NCBI GenBank assembly: GCA_010093705.1
Contig: MU006094.1
Coordinates: forward strand, 409,550 to 473,549
Length of the DNA: 64,000 nucleotides
Source: Patellaria atrata CBS 101060
Lineage: Eukaryota
Direction of reading: 5' to 3'
In this document: piece after piece, positions 51,452 to 63,582 of the stretch
Layout: the number at the start of each line of letters is the position of its first letter
Numbering within the stretch: position 1 is the first letter of the stretch
Program-made: the position numbers and the translations under genes
The notes under the pieces: generated by a model
Seen by the model: the letters and a program-made list of their open reading frames with translations, nothing else
Databases searched by the model: none
What the model was told of the DNA's origin: nothing

Positions 51452-53549
51452 GAGTTTGATGGAAACATTGGCGGGTAATGTTGCTTATGACCTGCAAATA
51501 TCCCGGCACGTGGTTATAATGTTCAAACACTCTTCCCAGCGGTCTTTTTTTCTTTTTTCAGTAATATGCGCTCAGCATACTAAGCTTAAATCTTCTTACG
51601 AAATGATCTTGTCATTATACTAAAATATATCATGACCCCCTTTTCCAAGTCTCAGCCCGCTAACAGACGTCCTAGCCCCTTACTCAACCGTTCTAAAGAG
51701 GAAATGATACATAACTTCCGTCACATTGTCAAGAAACAAATTCTTATCCATTTCGCGCGCAAGACTAGACTTGCAAGGACCTAGACATACAGAAGTGACA
51801 ATGACATCCGCACCTCCCCCCCACATCCCCATTCAGCGCAAGTTCGCAAGCCATCCTCCACACCAAGAAGGACGAACTTAGAATCTCGATACTTTTTCGA
51901 AACCCATTGAATCCCCTCGACGGCTCCAGTTCCACGACCAGTATCTCCACATCACCAAAGTACGTACTTCTTGCCACAATCCCCAAACTGGCATCCCACT
52001 CTCCGCCCTCGAACCTTTCAATTTGGCAAAAGCAATAACCCTGGCAGCGCCGTGAAGAGCACATGGATCTGCAGTCCCTTCTCCCACCCATACGCGCCCA
52101 TCTCATATCTCCTCGGCCGCACGTCCGGTTGAGAACCACGATCCAGCACCTCTGCTCCGCCTTGACACGTCCCACGACGCTTGCATGCTGTTGAAGACTC
52201 CATATCCAGCTCCCGGATTTCGAGCACGCATCTGCTGCCGGGACGCCTTTGTAAAGGGTCCTGCACGCGAGGATGAGGCGGGATATACCTTTTTGAGCGA
52301 CCTTGATGGCGGTTTCAAGCCGAAGCCGAGGCCGCTGTTGGCGCCCGATGGTTTCGCCACGACAGGAGACATCCGCATCGAAGGGGTTGGCTGAGACAGC
52401 GCGATTTGAGGAGGTTCATGGCAAAAGGGCATTCGGTCAGGTGTGGAATTCTCCAATATTGGCGGATAGTGCTAAAAACGAAGTATGAACTACGACTTGA
52501 TAACTCTCCCTCCACGGTAAAGCGATGAGGTTTTATATCCCTCTCTATATCCAGATGCGGTGTCTTGTTCAAGACCGAGGGATACTACAGAGCTTGCTCC
52601 TCCGCAACATCGAGAAGCGGGTTGATGTATCTTCCACCTCGCACCTTCTCTGAATCCTCCAATAGTACACACCTTCAACCGTGCCTTCCGGCTGCATGTC
52701 TTTGCGGCATAAATTGTCTTCGTTTCTCGCTTCAAATGCACTTCCTCGAGCAACGCCGACGGTTAGCTTCACACATACAGTAGCGTAGAAGTAGATGGGA
52801 CAGCGGATATTCGCAACCAAGCGACAAGGCAAGATGTTGACTTGTCGGTTTTTTCTACCTCTTGCGTGGGAAAATGTCGTTGAGAGAAAGTTGGGCCTTA
52901 GGTGGGTGGTTGTAAGCGATGGGGACGAGAAGGATTGAACTAATGAGCCGATTACCTGATGGGGTAATGCGCGATGCGACTTTCAGGTGATGGTGTCTGG
53001 TATGTGGGAATTACGGGTTTGAGGGCTGGTAGATAGAGTAGTTTATGATGAAGATAGATCCGTTTCTCTAGTTGTAAAGCGTGCCGGAATTGAATCGTAG
53101 CTCGAGAAGACGGGCAGGTAAGGCAGGGAAGAGATACAGACGGAACTACAATTGAGACAGTAGCTAAATGCCAATAGACTCTGGTGCGAGAGTAGGATGA
53201 GAGATGATGTACAGGTACTGTAGATCGAGCATCGCTATCATTCTATGGTAAACTGGTCTTTTTTTATAATACGTGCAAACTCCTCATGTTCTTTAAGATG
53301 AGCACTCTCCTACTGCTTGCTGGCAATCCCGGGTTACCATACAATTACTCTGAGGGAAGAACGACCCAGTCACAAATCCAGGGGCCGTATCTGTACGATA
53401 CGATCCTATCCATCAACCTAATTCTTTTTTTCAAAATTCGATTGAAAGGAAGCCGGAGAGTAAATGAGCCCGTACACCGATCACGCAGGCAACCTGTACG
53501 CTCACTCAGTCCAGGCGAATTCCATTTCTCAAATAAAACTGCAGATTTC

Positions 53550-54833
53550 CTACGTGGAGACATCTACGTCGCGAGGTAGTTCAACCCTGACCCCGTCCTC
53601 CCAGTAGACCACCCCATCCATAATCCTACGTGCAGTCCTAAGCACAGTCACGGTCTTAACACCCCCCTCCCCATCCGACACCGCATCAACCCGGATCATG
53701 CCACTCGGATGCCCTAACGTGACTATTCCCTCCATGACCCGCTCCTCAGCCAATAGTTCCGCGACCACTGTCCCCGGGACCTGTGCCGCAGCAGCCGTGC
53801 ACAGCGCGCCGGTGAGCGGGATCGCGCGATGAGGTTGTCCGTCCGAGACGAAGCGCACAACCAGATCGACCGACGAAGCGGGGAGCGTCTCACCGGAGAG
53901 CGTGGTATGCTCTTCCGGTTTCGAGACCATGGCGATCTTGGGCTGGGATCTGTAGGGCGTCCCGTCCGCTTGTAACAACCCCATAGCCTCGGCTCCCTGT
54001 CGACGGAGGTGCTCGAGCTCGTTCAGGACTGAGGGCATCTCGATGAGGGTGTTGGGGAGGATTGGCCCTGGGATTCCGAGGGAGGAGGCCTGGATGAAGA
54101 TACTCGGGTTCGTGGCGTCGATGCAGGAGACGCAGTGGTTGGAGAATACGTCCATGGGGTTACCGGTAGGTAGGAGCTTTCCGGTTTTAGCGCCGCCGGG
54201 GCGGAGGAAGTGGAGGGTTACTTTGGCCGCGGTGCCTGGGACGCCGGAGATGGATACTGGCTCGGTATCCGCGGGAAGGGAAGTCCCGTCGGCCACGGGG
54301 AAGATACTGTGGATTATAACACCAGTATTCGTATTATGTATCCTCACAGTCACTTCTCTTTTGGAAGAATAATCAATGCTGTCCCCTAGCATCCGTTTAT
54401 CGTATGCATACGGGCCGACAGCTGCGCTCATATTCCCGCAGTTTCCGCTCGTGTCGAGCTCGGGGGTATCGATTCCTACGCCTATGAAGGTGTAATCAAT
54501 GTCTGCGTCTTTGCGCGCGCTGGGGGAGACCAGACATATCTTTGAAAGACTGGATATACCTGCTCCGAGACCGTCGAGCTGCCGTCCGTATGGGTCAGGG
54601 CCCCCGAGTACGTGGCGGAAGATGCGCGGCCATTGGGATTCGTCTGCGGGCAGATCGTTAGGCTGGAAGATTACACCGCGAGAAGTACCGCCGCGATAGT
54701 AGGATGCCGCGGCGGCGTGTTGTTTGTGCCTAGTTTGGCGGTGTCGTAACGTTGTGGAAGGGAGTCTCGTCGGTCCATGTGATCGTACGGGAGTGTATGT
54801 AATTCTCAGGCTCCTTATTAGCAACCGTGACAT
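53550..54833 (-). CDS. prpF: PrpF/AcnD-accessory family isomerase (DUF453), probably mitochondrial; intronless
   Basis: YYRGGTSRG, DPYGRQLDGLGAGISSLSK, SGNCGNMS, IHNTNT, TGKLLPTGN, HRAIPLTG, RTARRIMDG. Basic, acid-free N-terminus. Confidence 0.92.
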   Translation of the reverse strand: MSRLLIRSLRITYTPVRSHGPTRLPSTTLRHRQTRHKQHAAAASYYRGGTSRGVIFQPNDLPADESQWPRIFRHVLGGPDPYGRQLDGLGAGISSLSKICLVSPSARKDADIDYTFIGVGIDTPELDTSGNCGNMSAAVGPYAYDKRMLGDSIDYSSKREVTVRIHNTNTGVIIHSIFPVADGTSLPADTEPVSISGVPGTAAKVTLHFLRPGGAKTGKLLPTGNPMDVFSNHCVSCIDATNPSIFIQASSLGIPGPILPNTLIEMPSVLNELEHLRRQGAEAMGLLQADGTPYRSQPKIAMVSKPEEHTTLSGETLPASSVDLVVRFVSDGQPHRAIPLTGALCTAAAAQVPGTVVAELLAEERVMEGIVTLGHPSGMIRVDAVSDGEGGVKTVTVLRTARRIMDGVVYWEDGVRVELPRDVDVST

Positions 54834-55095
54834 TCTGAAACCACTTCATAATCTCCATTGTCCCGTCCGCGCGACGATTATGACTATCCCATGGTTCTTG
54901 TGGTATATACAAAGTAGCAATGCCGAACATTCCCGAAGGGTATTCTCATTGCTCGGGAGTCGGGACGAGAAGAAGCTTTGACCATCAGCAGTGATGTCCG
55001 AGTGTCGCATGCAACGATTTTTTGCCTGGCAACACACTCTCCCATCATCGCCGCATCACCCGGTTTGCTATATTCTCTCATCCATAGTTCCCACA

Positions 55096-55957
55096 ATGAT
55101 TCAGAGAAACCTATTACGCCAATCGAGAGCTCTCAGCTCCAGCTTTTCCGCTCGACCTTCCTCAACACCTTTCCTCAGACAACCCTCCTATTTCCGAGCA
55201 TCAATACCCAGGGCTTCGACGGGAAGGATAACATCGAGATGGTACTCCGAAGCCGCCGAGTCAAAGAAAGAGGAGACACCTCCCACAGAGACAAAAGAGA
55301 GCGAACCCCCCACACCAGCAGAAGACCCCTTAAAAAAAGAGCTCGAAGCAAAGACCAAAGAGATAATAGACCTTAAAGTACCCCAATCCCCCGATCTGCA
55401 AAACTCACACCCAACCCTCTAACCCCCAAATCCAGGACAAATACCTCCGCTCGATCGCCGACTTCCGGAACCTTCAAACCCGCACGCAGCGCGAAATCCA
55501 AGCCGCCAAAGACTTCGCCCTGCAGCGCTTCAGCGCCGACCTGATCGAATCCGTCGACAACCTGGACCGGGCCCTCTCGACCGTCGCGCCCGCCGTCCTC
55601 ACCGCCCCCGACGCCAACAAAGACCTCATAGCGCTGCACGACGGGCTCAAAATGACGGACCGGATCCTGATGCAGACGCTGAAGAAACATGGGTTGGAAC
55701 GCTTCGATCCCAGCGAGAAGGGCGACAAGTTCGATCCGAACGTGCACGAGGCCGTGTTCATGACGCCGCAGGAGGGAAAGGAGGACGGGACCTGCTTTTT
55801 CACGCAGCAGAAAGGGTTTTTGCTCAATGGGCGCGTTGTTAGGGTGAGTTCACCGTTTCCTTGATGTGAGGGGGGGTCTCTGCTTCGTGGGTGTGTTGGG
55901 CAGATAACTAACGGTTTCGTGCAGGCGGCTAAGGTCGGCGTGGTCAAGAACTCGTAA
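55096..55957 (+). CDS. MGE1: Mitochondrial GrpE nucleotide-exchange factor; 3 exons
   Basis: Presequence, DKYLRSIADFRNLQTRT, FSADLIESVDNLDRAL, KFDPNVHEAVF, QKGFLLNGRVVR|AAKVGVVK. Confidence 0.96.
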
Positions 55958-56484
55958 CCTCGTGGTTACCGTTCTAGGTTCACGACATGGCATTTATTGG
56001 AATTTTCCCATGTGGTATAGATGGAAAGACACATTCTCCACTTTGTATAAACAGTTTCATTATTCTGTGCTTAGCGCCACGGATAGCATCTAAGGTAGCG
56101 AACGTTCATCGCACCGAAAATTCTGGCGTCGGTTTGTATATATCCTCCTCTCTCCTTGACACGAAAAAGGCTTCGCGGCTTGGGTTTTGTAAAAAGATGC
56201 GGATATGATCCGGCTATATAATCTTTATATCAAGCAAAAAGAAAGTATAGCCACCATGCACCAATTCTCAGACATCCTCTATAACTTTCCCCGCGCAGAT
56301 TTTTCTCTTCCGGTATGAATGTAGTGCATAAGACCAGCCGAACCCCTAAAGCGCCTTCGTGACGCCAGAATATTTTCCCATGATGGTACAATACCTCGAC
56401 ACCTGCTGATGAAAAGAAAAAAAAAAGAAAAAAAAAAGGGGGGGAGATGCCTCCAACTCCACTAATGCCCATCCTCCTCAAAAA

Positions 56485-57605
56485 TCACCATCCCGCCCCA
56501 CTGTTCCCGTAAGGCGTAGCACCATACGGCGTCGTGCCACCTCCCCACGCACTCGCATTCCCAGTTCCGACTCCAAACGGCGTCGTGTATCCCCCATCGG
56601 CTCCATATGCAGTTCCGGGGGGCGGACCGTCCGGACTGCGTGCTCCGTCGCCGTAATCGCCGTTGCGCTCGTCGCCGCCGGCTAGCTCTTGAATGACGGC
56701 GGCGAGCTTTTGCTGGAGAACTTTGATGCCCTGCTGCATTATGACGTCCGGGGGCAGGCCGCCGACGGTCTCGACGTTGAAGTAGAAGACGTCGGGTTGG
56801 GCGTCGTAGTTAAAGGGTTCGCCTTCTTGCAAGGGGTCTTCCCAGTCTGCGTTTTTGGTCGGGGGCCTGTACACTTTAGTTTTTTGGGGTGGAAGCGGGG
56901 TTATGGGATAGAAAGTGCGTACCATTCTTTCTTCGCGTCTTCCTCGAACCACAGGTCCAGATGTCGCAGCTTGTTGTGTGGATCATACTCGAACCCGACG
57001 GCGGCTGTGGGCATCCACTTCGCGTGCTCCTTCGCGATGCCCTTCTTCGCGATGCATTTGACGCGGATCTCCTGGCCCTTGCGAAGCTTGACGATGACGC
57101 AGCCTTCGCCCTTCGCGTCCGTGATGACCGGGTTCCCGACCTGGTCGTTGACCCTGCCCCCGGTGACGACGAGATCGCGCGCGTACACCTTCATCACGTC
57201 GTCGCCTGTACATCGCGCGTGGAGGGTGAGGGTGACGCTGCAGCTCTCGCAGTACTGGTCGCATTCGCAGTCGCGGGTGTAGAGCACATCGTCGACGTCT
57301 TTAGAGTTCAGCGGGATGAGACCGAGGCGGTGGCAGACGAACTCGTCGGCGAGGACGGAAGTGTTGGACTCGACCTCTACCAGATCGATTGCGATGGTGG
57401 GAATTTCGGAGAGGATGACGCGACGGAGGGAGTTTGCGAAGGCGAGGTCGGCGCCCCGGAGGATGAAGTCGACGGCGACGTTGTTGGCCTTGTTAGAATG
57501 TTAGAACGGAGGTTTATACAGATAGCTTGGAGTATAGACCTCTCGTATTGTCACACGAGGACCTAGTTCTTCCGCGCCATCGACGGCGTAGGTGTCGTAG
57601 TCCAT
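56485..57605 (-). CDS. RPB3: RNA polymerase II subunit Rpb3; 3 exons
   Basis: FANSLRRVILSEIPTIAID, VLADEFVCHRLGLIPL, CECDQYCESCSV, LRKGQEIRVKCIAKKGIAKEHAKW, FYFNVETVG. Confidence 0.97.
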
Positions 57606-58880
57606 CTTGACAGTTTAGAAATAGCTAGGGAGTGAGCTTTGCGCTCGGGTATACGGTTCTGTAGAACACCAGATTAAGGGCTCAAACGAGAAGCTGTAGG
57701 TAGTAATAGCAGATGAGAACAAAGAGGGGAGGTAAAAAGTGCGGTATGATAGGGTGAGAGGTCATAAAAGTGGTTGTGGTTTAGTATTCAAAAAGTTGAA
57801 AGAAGGTCCATCTGGAATTCAGAAGGTCCGTGCGCTCGTGGTTCCTGGTGCCACATCCTTGTCCCCCCGTACTTCGTGCAAGCTTAAAGCAACTGTACAG
57901 CAAAATATAAACACAATAAGGTGTAAGGTACAAGCGACTATACCATCTCGACTAGATCAACTGTAATCGCATCTTCAACGAAGTGACCACAAGCATGCGA
58001 CCACATTCTCGAATGAACAGAAAGGAGATGCCCAATCCCGATTACTCCAAAACAGAATTGACTTGATATCTCAAGTTAAGAATTAGAGATCAGAAGGATG
58101 TTTAAAATAATTTCAAGCTCAATTTCCTTTCACACATGTTCATCTCATCAAAAAGCCTTTTCTCTTCCCAATGAATCTCCCCCAAGTCACTAGAGGGTCC
58201 ACTCTTCTCCCCACACCAAGGAAAACACACATATCGCTTCTAACATCAAAACACGGGAAACCCGATATGTCATCCAGCCTCCCCTTTCCGAAAGTTTGAC
58301 TCACCAGTCGTTAAGACCAGCATACGAAAAAGCCCAAAAGAAGCAAAGAGGGACACATCCAAGAAATCAGAAACTCAGGGGCAAAGGAAAGGACGTACCT
58401 CTTCTTCCACTACTCCCTCAAACCCACGCTGAGAAGCGAGAAACGAGTATCCCCGACGAGGTCATGCTCTCAACTCCACTTCACGCCAGGACTCACTCAC
58501 ACAGATGACGAATTCGAAAAGTGATAGCGACTAACACCCAAACCCGAAACGACCAGCAGTCGATTTCTATTTCTTAAACCATTCCCTTCCCCCTTTCGCA
58601 GAAGAGGCGTATCATCAACCCGGAAGTAAGGTATACCCCCTCCTCCGTCCCCCAAAGCACCAGCTCAACGTCCGAAAGACTAGAAAGATAAAGGGACAAG
58701 AGAGAACTTTGAGATACAAAGACCAGCCCGAATCTAGAAGGTGAAGTTACTCATACACCTCCGCTTTTGCCCCCCTCCCCCCCTAAAAAAAAAAGGCTTT
58801 ATATACGAGTAAAGAAACCCCCCTTCCCCAATGAAGACTCCTGGAACCCGTGATTAAACAATACGTTAAAGCTACCCGTT

Positions 58881-58920
58881 CCCATTCCCATCCCCATCCC
58901 CATCCCCATATCCATATCCC
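58881..58920. repeat. Short imperfect hexanucleotide microsatellite (CCCATY/CCCCAT)
   Basis: cccattcccatccccatccccatccccatatccatatccc. Confidence 0.6.
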
Positions 58921-59183
58921 TGATAAAAGTAACATCTCCCCCCATCCATCGCCGTCGCTATGCTATACCATGTCTATAACCTTAAACCTATAAAAATCCC
59001 CAAAGCCCAATCCTGCAGACTCCACCGAAAGACATACAGCGCTTGAAGCCCTCCATGATCTAATCAGACAGACGCAAATCGCGCCACCGTACCGCATACC
59101 AGAAATACCGGCTGAAAGAAACGACAAGACTCCTACGAAACTTTTCTGTTGCGAAATCCTAGGAAGCTAAAACCCGCTCCCAA

Positions 59184-61431
59184 TCAAACCTCACAACCAT
59201 TAACGAGCGAGTTCTTCGGCCAATCATACTCCGTTTGTTTCCTAAAATCCATTAGCACAATTCCCTCCACCCCCTCACCAAATGAACTCACCACAACGTC
59301 AAGTTAAAGTTCCGATAAGGCTCCGGATGCCGTCTGATATACTCAGTCGTGGGATAGCCCGGCGGATCACACGTAACCATCTCCTCGCCCTCCTGCTGAT
59401 AAATCCTGATATAATCCACACGCATAGTCGCCGGAAGCGTGGCCGCGATGCCGCTCAAATTGAGCGCCGCGAAGCTATTCGACATGCCGAAATTCGCCAC
59501 GATGGCCATCGGTTCTTCTGGGATGACTCTCTTGCCGATGTTGCCGTTGGGGCCGAGGGCTGAGGCGTAGACGGTCCAGGTGCGCACGTCGCCGACGTAC
59601 CACGCGACGTAGCCGTCGTCCCCGGTTCTGTAGTCGAAGGCGTACTTCTGGTATGCTTTGCCGTCGTACCAGTCGTTGTTCAGGTTCGTGAGGCCCGAGA
59701 GCGCTTGTTGGTAGGGTCCGCCGGCGTAGGAGTTGATGCGAGTTACGGAGTAGTCGTAGACTTCGACTTGTTCTTTCAATATAATTAACACACAATTTCC
59801 GATAATCATGAACTCCAAAACTCACCGTAGTTAGGATGATACCAAACATCGAATGGCGCGACTTGAAGACTTTGCGATGCGCTGCCGATACCGTTTAGAT
59901 TCGGATTGTCCAGAAACTCCACGCTGGCTTCAATAGCATCAATTTCCGGAGCACTTCGAGATTTTCCAGGACTAGGATGGTCTTCGCCCCGGCAAGTACA
60001 GGCAGGGAATCTCATTCCAGGTAGATAACTGATCCCGTCAGTTTGGCTCTGATTATGTGTGATTCCAGCATCACACTCGTCATGGTAACTATACGGCCAC
60101 GTGCCATCGGTGGTCGCGGCATATCCGGGTCGTCCAAGATTCCCCATGGTCCAAAACCCGGGCCAGAATCCGATGGTATCGCCGCGTCCAGGTAGAGATA
60201 TGCTCGCTTCTATGTAGCCTCCTTTGAAACATAGCTTGTTCCACGATTGCAGCATACCGGACCGGTAATTCAGACCGTGGTTTTTGAATGCGTCGAATCT
60301 TATGGTGAGGATTCCATCCTCCGTAGTTATTGCATCTGGATCATACCACTGAAATTTATCAGATTACGATTTCCCAGAGACCAATCAATATAAGGTGCTC
60401 ACCTCCAGATCTTGCGTAACACCATACCAGAAGTCCATACCTTGAAAGTAAGGATCATCGTTATCATAAAAGGTTCTTCCCGGTGTATTGAACTCGTCCG
60501 AGAACTGGCTTCGTCAGCATTGATCCGACGCCTCTTCTCTGCGGGACATACCACAAGTTTCTGCTTTTTCCCATTTGCGCCTTTTCTAGATTTCACATCA
60601 TCTGGCGTGTCTGGATCTATAAGGCCCCGCCGAACGTTTTTCAGTAGAGGTTGCTCTACGTCTATGCATGTCGGATTACCCGAACAAGATTCTCGCACTG
60701 GATCTAGCTTATTTTGAACGAATGAACTAGCAGACCGATTAGCGGAATGCAGTTGAGAAAAGTGGGCGTCTGAATGCGCAAAGACAAACATACAGTACAG
60801 GAAACCCAATGAAAAGCATTAATATCCCGAGTGCGACTAACACCAAACCTCCCAAATTAACCATACCCCTTCCGGTCCATATGTCACAATCTCTATCGTT
60901 GTCATCCGGACCAGGAGTGTGCATATAATCATCTTTCTCAACATCTTCTGGGAAGAGTAATAAACCCGCGGAAGGGATGATATTGTATTTCTCGGACACG
61001 GTCTGTGTATTTAGGTTATCATCTTCACTTCCCGTCCGCGATGGCGCTCTAGAGTCGTCGTAGGGCGAGATGAACGGATTCATACGGCTCTCTGTCCCGT
61101 CTGAACTCCAACTTGATCTTCTGGAGGATAACGGCGACTGTAACGGCGAATTCAAAGGTGAGTCGTCATCTCGAAATCGCCGCGGAGTTCTCGACTTGCC
61201 CGGGGGTAATAGGAGTTCTGCTGATTCGGCGGCTGGAAGGGATCGCGCATAGAGGGGAGTTGGGATGCGTTTGGATGAAGCGGTTCCCGGTCTAGAAGAA
61301 GGTTGCGGAGTCAATTGTCGTGCGGAAGATCTATTGTCTGGACTGTAGTCTACGAGTATATTTTGCGAGCCTGAATTGAGTCTGAGGTGAGGAGGAGCAT
61401 TCCGCCGCGGAGGAGTGTAGGAGGAAGCCAT
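59184..61431 (-). CDS. KRE6: Beta-1,6-glucan synthesis protein Kre6/Skn1 (GH16, type II membrane); about 6 exons
   Basis: EKDDYMHTP, a TM helix, [49 protein letters not shown] (GH16 catalytic motif), [16 protein letters not shown]. Confidence 0.93.
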
Positions 61432-62662
61432 AGGGAAGAGGAAATTGGGTGGTGGAAAAAGTATTATCCTCCTGCCAGCTTGTAGATAAGAATCGTTACG
61501 TCGGGATCGATTAGATGCTAAAGTTGCACGAAAACAAGCCAGTATATACGTGACACGAGCTTTGGTTCAGTTTCAATGCGGGTGGAAACGAGGTTCGGGC
61601 GGGATGCAGTGTTGCGGGCGATGTATAGAAACGAGCGAATGCCTTGGAATGAATTCCTAGGGGATGTGATAGTTGTAGAGGGATCGAAAGCAATTCGCCA
61701 AAGCAGGGGAGCAATATCGATGAGCCCTTTGTGCAGAATACTGGGAGCTAGGATTGCGTGGTCAACGTTTTCGAGGAAATAGTACCGACCAGGGAGGATG
61801 AAAATGGGAAGAACGATGGACTGTTGACTGTGGACTAAGAAAGTTACTTCGACACAGGCAACAAAGGGAGAATTACAGTTCAAAATAATCGAACATTGAA
61901 TTCAAGCTTTCAGGTCTGGACAATTGATGATTCCCATGAGCGTAACGGCATTTTCGATCAGTGGCGGCAATTTGTTCGAAAAAAATAAATAAGAGATGCC
62001 ACCGTCTGCCACTGGCTGCAACTCACTACCACTTGCTGCCAGGTACGTCTTGGTCGACTTGGGTAGAGATGGCTAACGTCTTTTCATTCGACGAACCCCT
62101 TGCCTTGGATCTCTTTAGGGAAGGCACGGTGGCGGCAACTTCTTCTCCCCTGCGCTCCTTCCGCCTTATCCCTGACCCAATCCCCTGTCTATTAATATCA
62201 CACAGGTCAAGTAGATCAAGTAGATCACACACCTCATCCATACCCGTACATGCCATCATCCTCGCCTATGTGGTTTTCGTCGATAAAACCACCATTTTTC
62301 CCGGTTTGTAGATTTGGACGCCACTTTCATGCGGGTCAATCAAGTTTTACTTTGGTACCTCGCAGTATGTTATCGAGTATGCGAAGCTGTTTCACTACAG
62401 GTCTCTTTCTGAGGAGAGGTAGAGTGTTATTTGTGGCTACCGAGTTCAGCATGGGAAAGTACGGAAGGACATTATCGTGCTTGCCGAATTGAAGGTAGAT
62501 ACTATACGGTACAGTACCCCCTATAATACCTTACCTCTTACCTAGATCGCGGTGGACTGAGGTGAGGTTTTGGTCACCTTTCCAATTTAGTGATGTTTAA
62601 GCATGTGATCGGTGGCTTGTGGCTTCTTCTTCCCCTTTACGGCTGAGGAAGGAGCCCCACCC

Positions 62663-62663
<1 letters not shown>

Positions 62664-62697
<34 letters not shown>
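62664..62697. repeat. 34-nt poly(C)/poly(G) homopolymer
   Basis: Direct reading of the sequence; a second, 18-nt C run lies at 63063-63080. Confidence 0.9.
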
Positions 62698-62698
<1 letters not shown>

Positions 62699-63111
62699 TC
62701 CCCCCAAGACGCTTTGAACACCAATAGATAGTGCACCATGGTACAGGTATGATCCTTCTACCGATTACTGGCGCTACTTGAAGTGAATACCTAGAGATTA
62801 AATTAGGGAGAGTAGAGATTTTACTATCTCTCATGGCGAGAGTTGAGGGGTACTTCCGCATCGACATCCCGAGAGTCGTATATCAAACTGCGTCCCGAAA
62901 AGTGGATATCATACATTCGTAACATTTACACGCGTCCCCGTCTAGCAAGCTCAACCACATTTCCACTCATCGTTCAACTTCCATTATCATAACGACCTGA
63001 ATCACGATAACAGTTGCCGTCTCGGCCAGAGCCAGAAAATCCCGAATACACCTCCATACCCTCCCCCCCCCCCCCCCCCCACAACACCACCACCACCCTC
63101 TCCCCCGTCGT

Positions 63112-63582
63112 CTACGAACTCACAACACCAACCCTAACCCCCACCACAGCCCCCCCACCCTCCTTCAACCCAACAACCCACCAAACCCCCCTCGTCCCCT
63201 CCTCCGCCCAAAAATACCCTAGCTCCTCCTCCCCCTCTCCCCAACCACAACTAACCTCCCTAACCCTCCTCACAACCCCGGAATACTCCCCCCTCGGATC
63301 AAACTCCTCCTTCCCCTTCCTCACGACCTCCTTGCCAACCAGCTCCCCAAACTCCGTCGCCGAGGGCGGATGCTTGCCAGCCCACCTCAGCGCGACGGGC
63401 TCGAACGGCTCGTCCGACTCGGAGGTGTATGTCGCGTCGATGGATTTGAGGGCGGGCGGGACTTCGGTGTCGGTTGCGCGGGCGTTGAGGGTGGGTTTGG
63501 AGGAGGAGGAGGAGGAGGTGTGTGCGGTGCCGGTGTCTTGGTTTGCTTTGTCCAGGAAAGAGGTGTATGCATCGTCGGACAT
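63112..63582 (-). CDS. 156-aa protein with NuiA (nuclease A inhibitor)-like motifs
   Basis: ATG in good context (ACAATG) gives MSDDAYTSFLDKANQD; motifs YTSESDEPFEPVALRW and WWVVGLKEGGGAVVGVRVGVVSS. Confidence 0.75.
   Translation of the reverse strand: MSDDAYTSFLDKANQDTGTAHTSSSSSSKPTLNARATDTEVPPALKSIDATYTSESDEPFEPVALRWAGKHPPSATEFGELVGKEVVRKGKEEFDPRGEYSGVVRRVREVSCGWGEGEEELGYFWAEEGTRGVWWVVGLKEGGGAVVGVRVGVVSS

Noticed and set aside
51760..52830. Cluster of short overlapping ORFs
   Set aside because: No recognisable motif and no consistent spliced frame.
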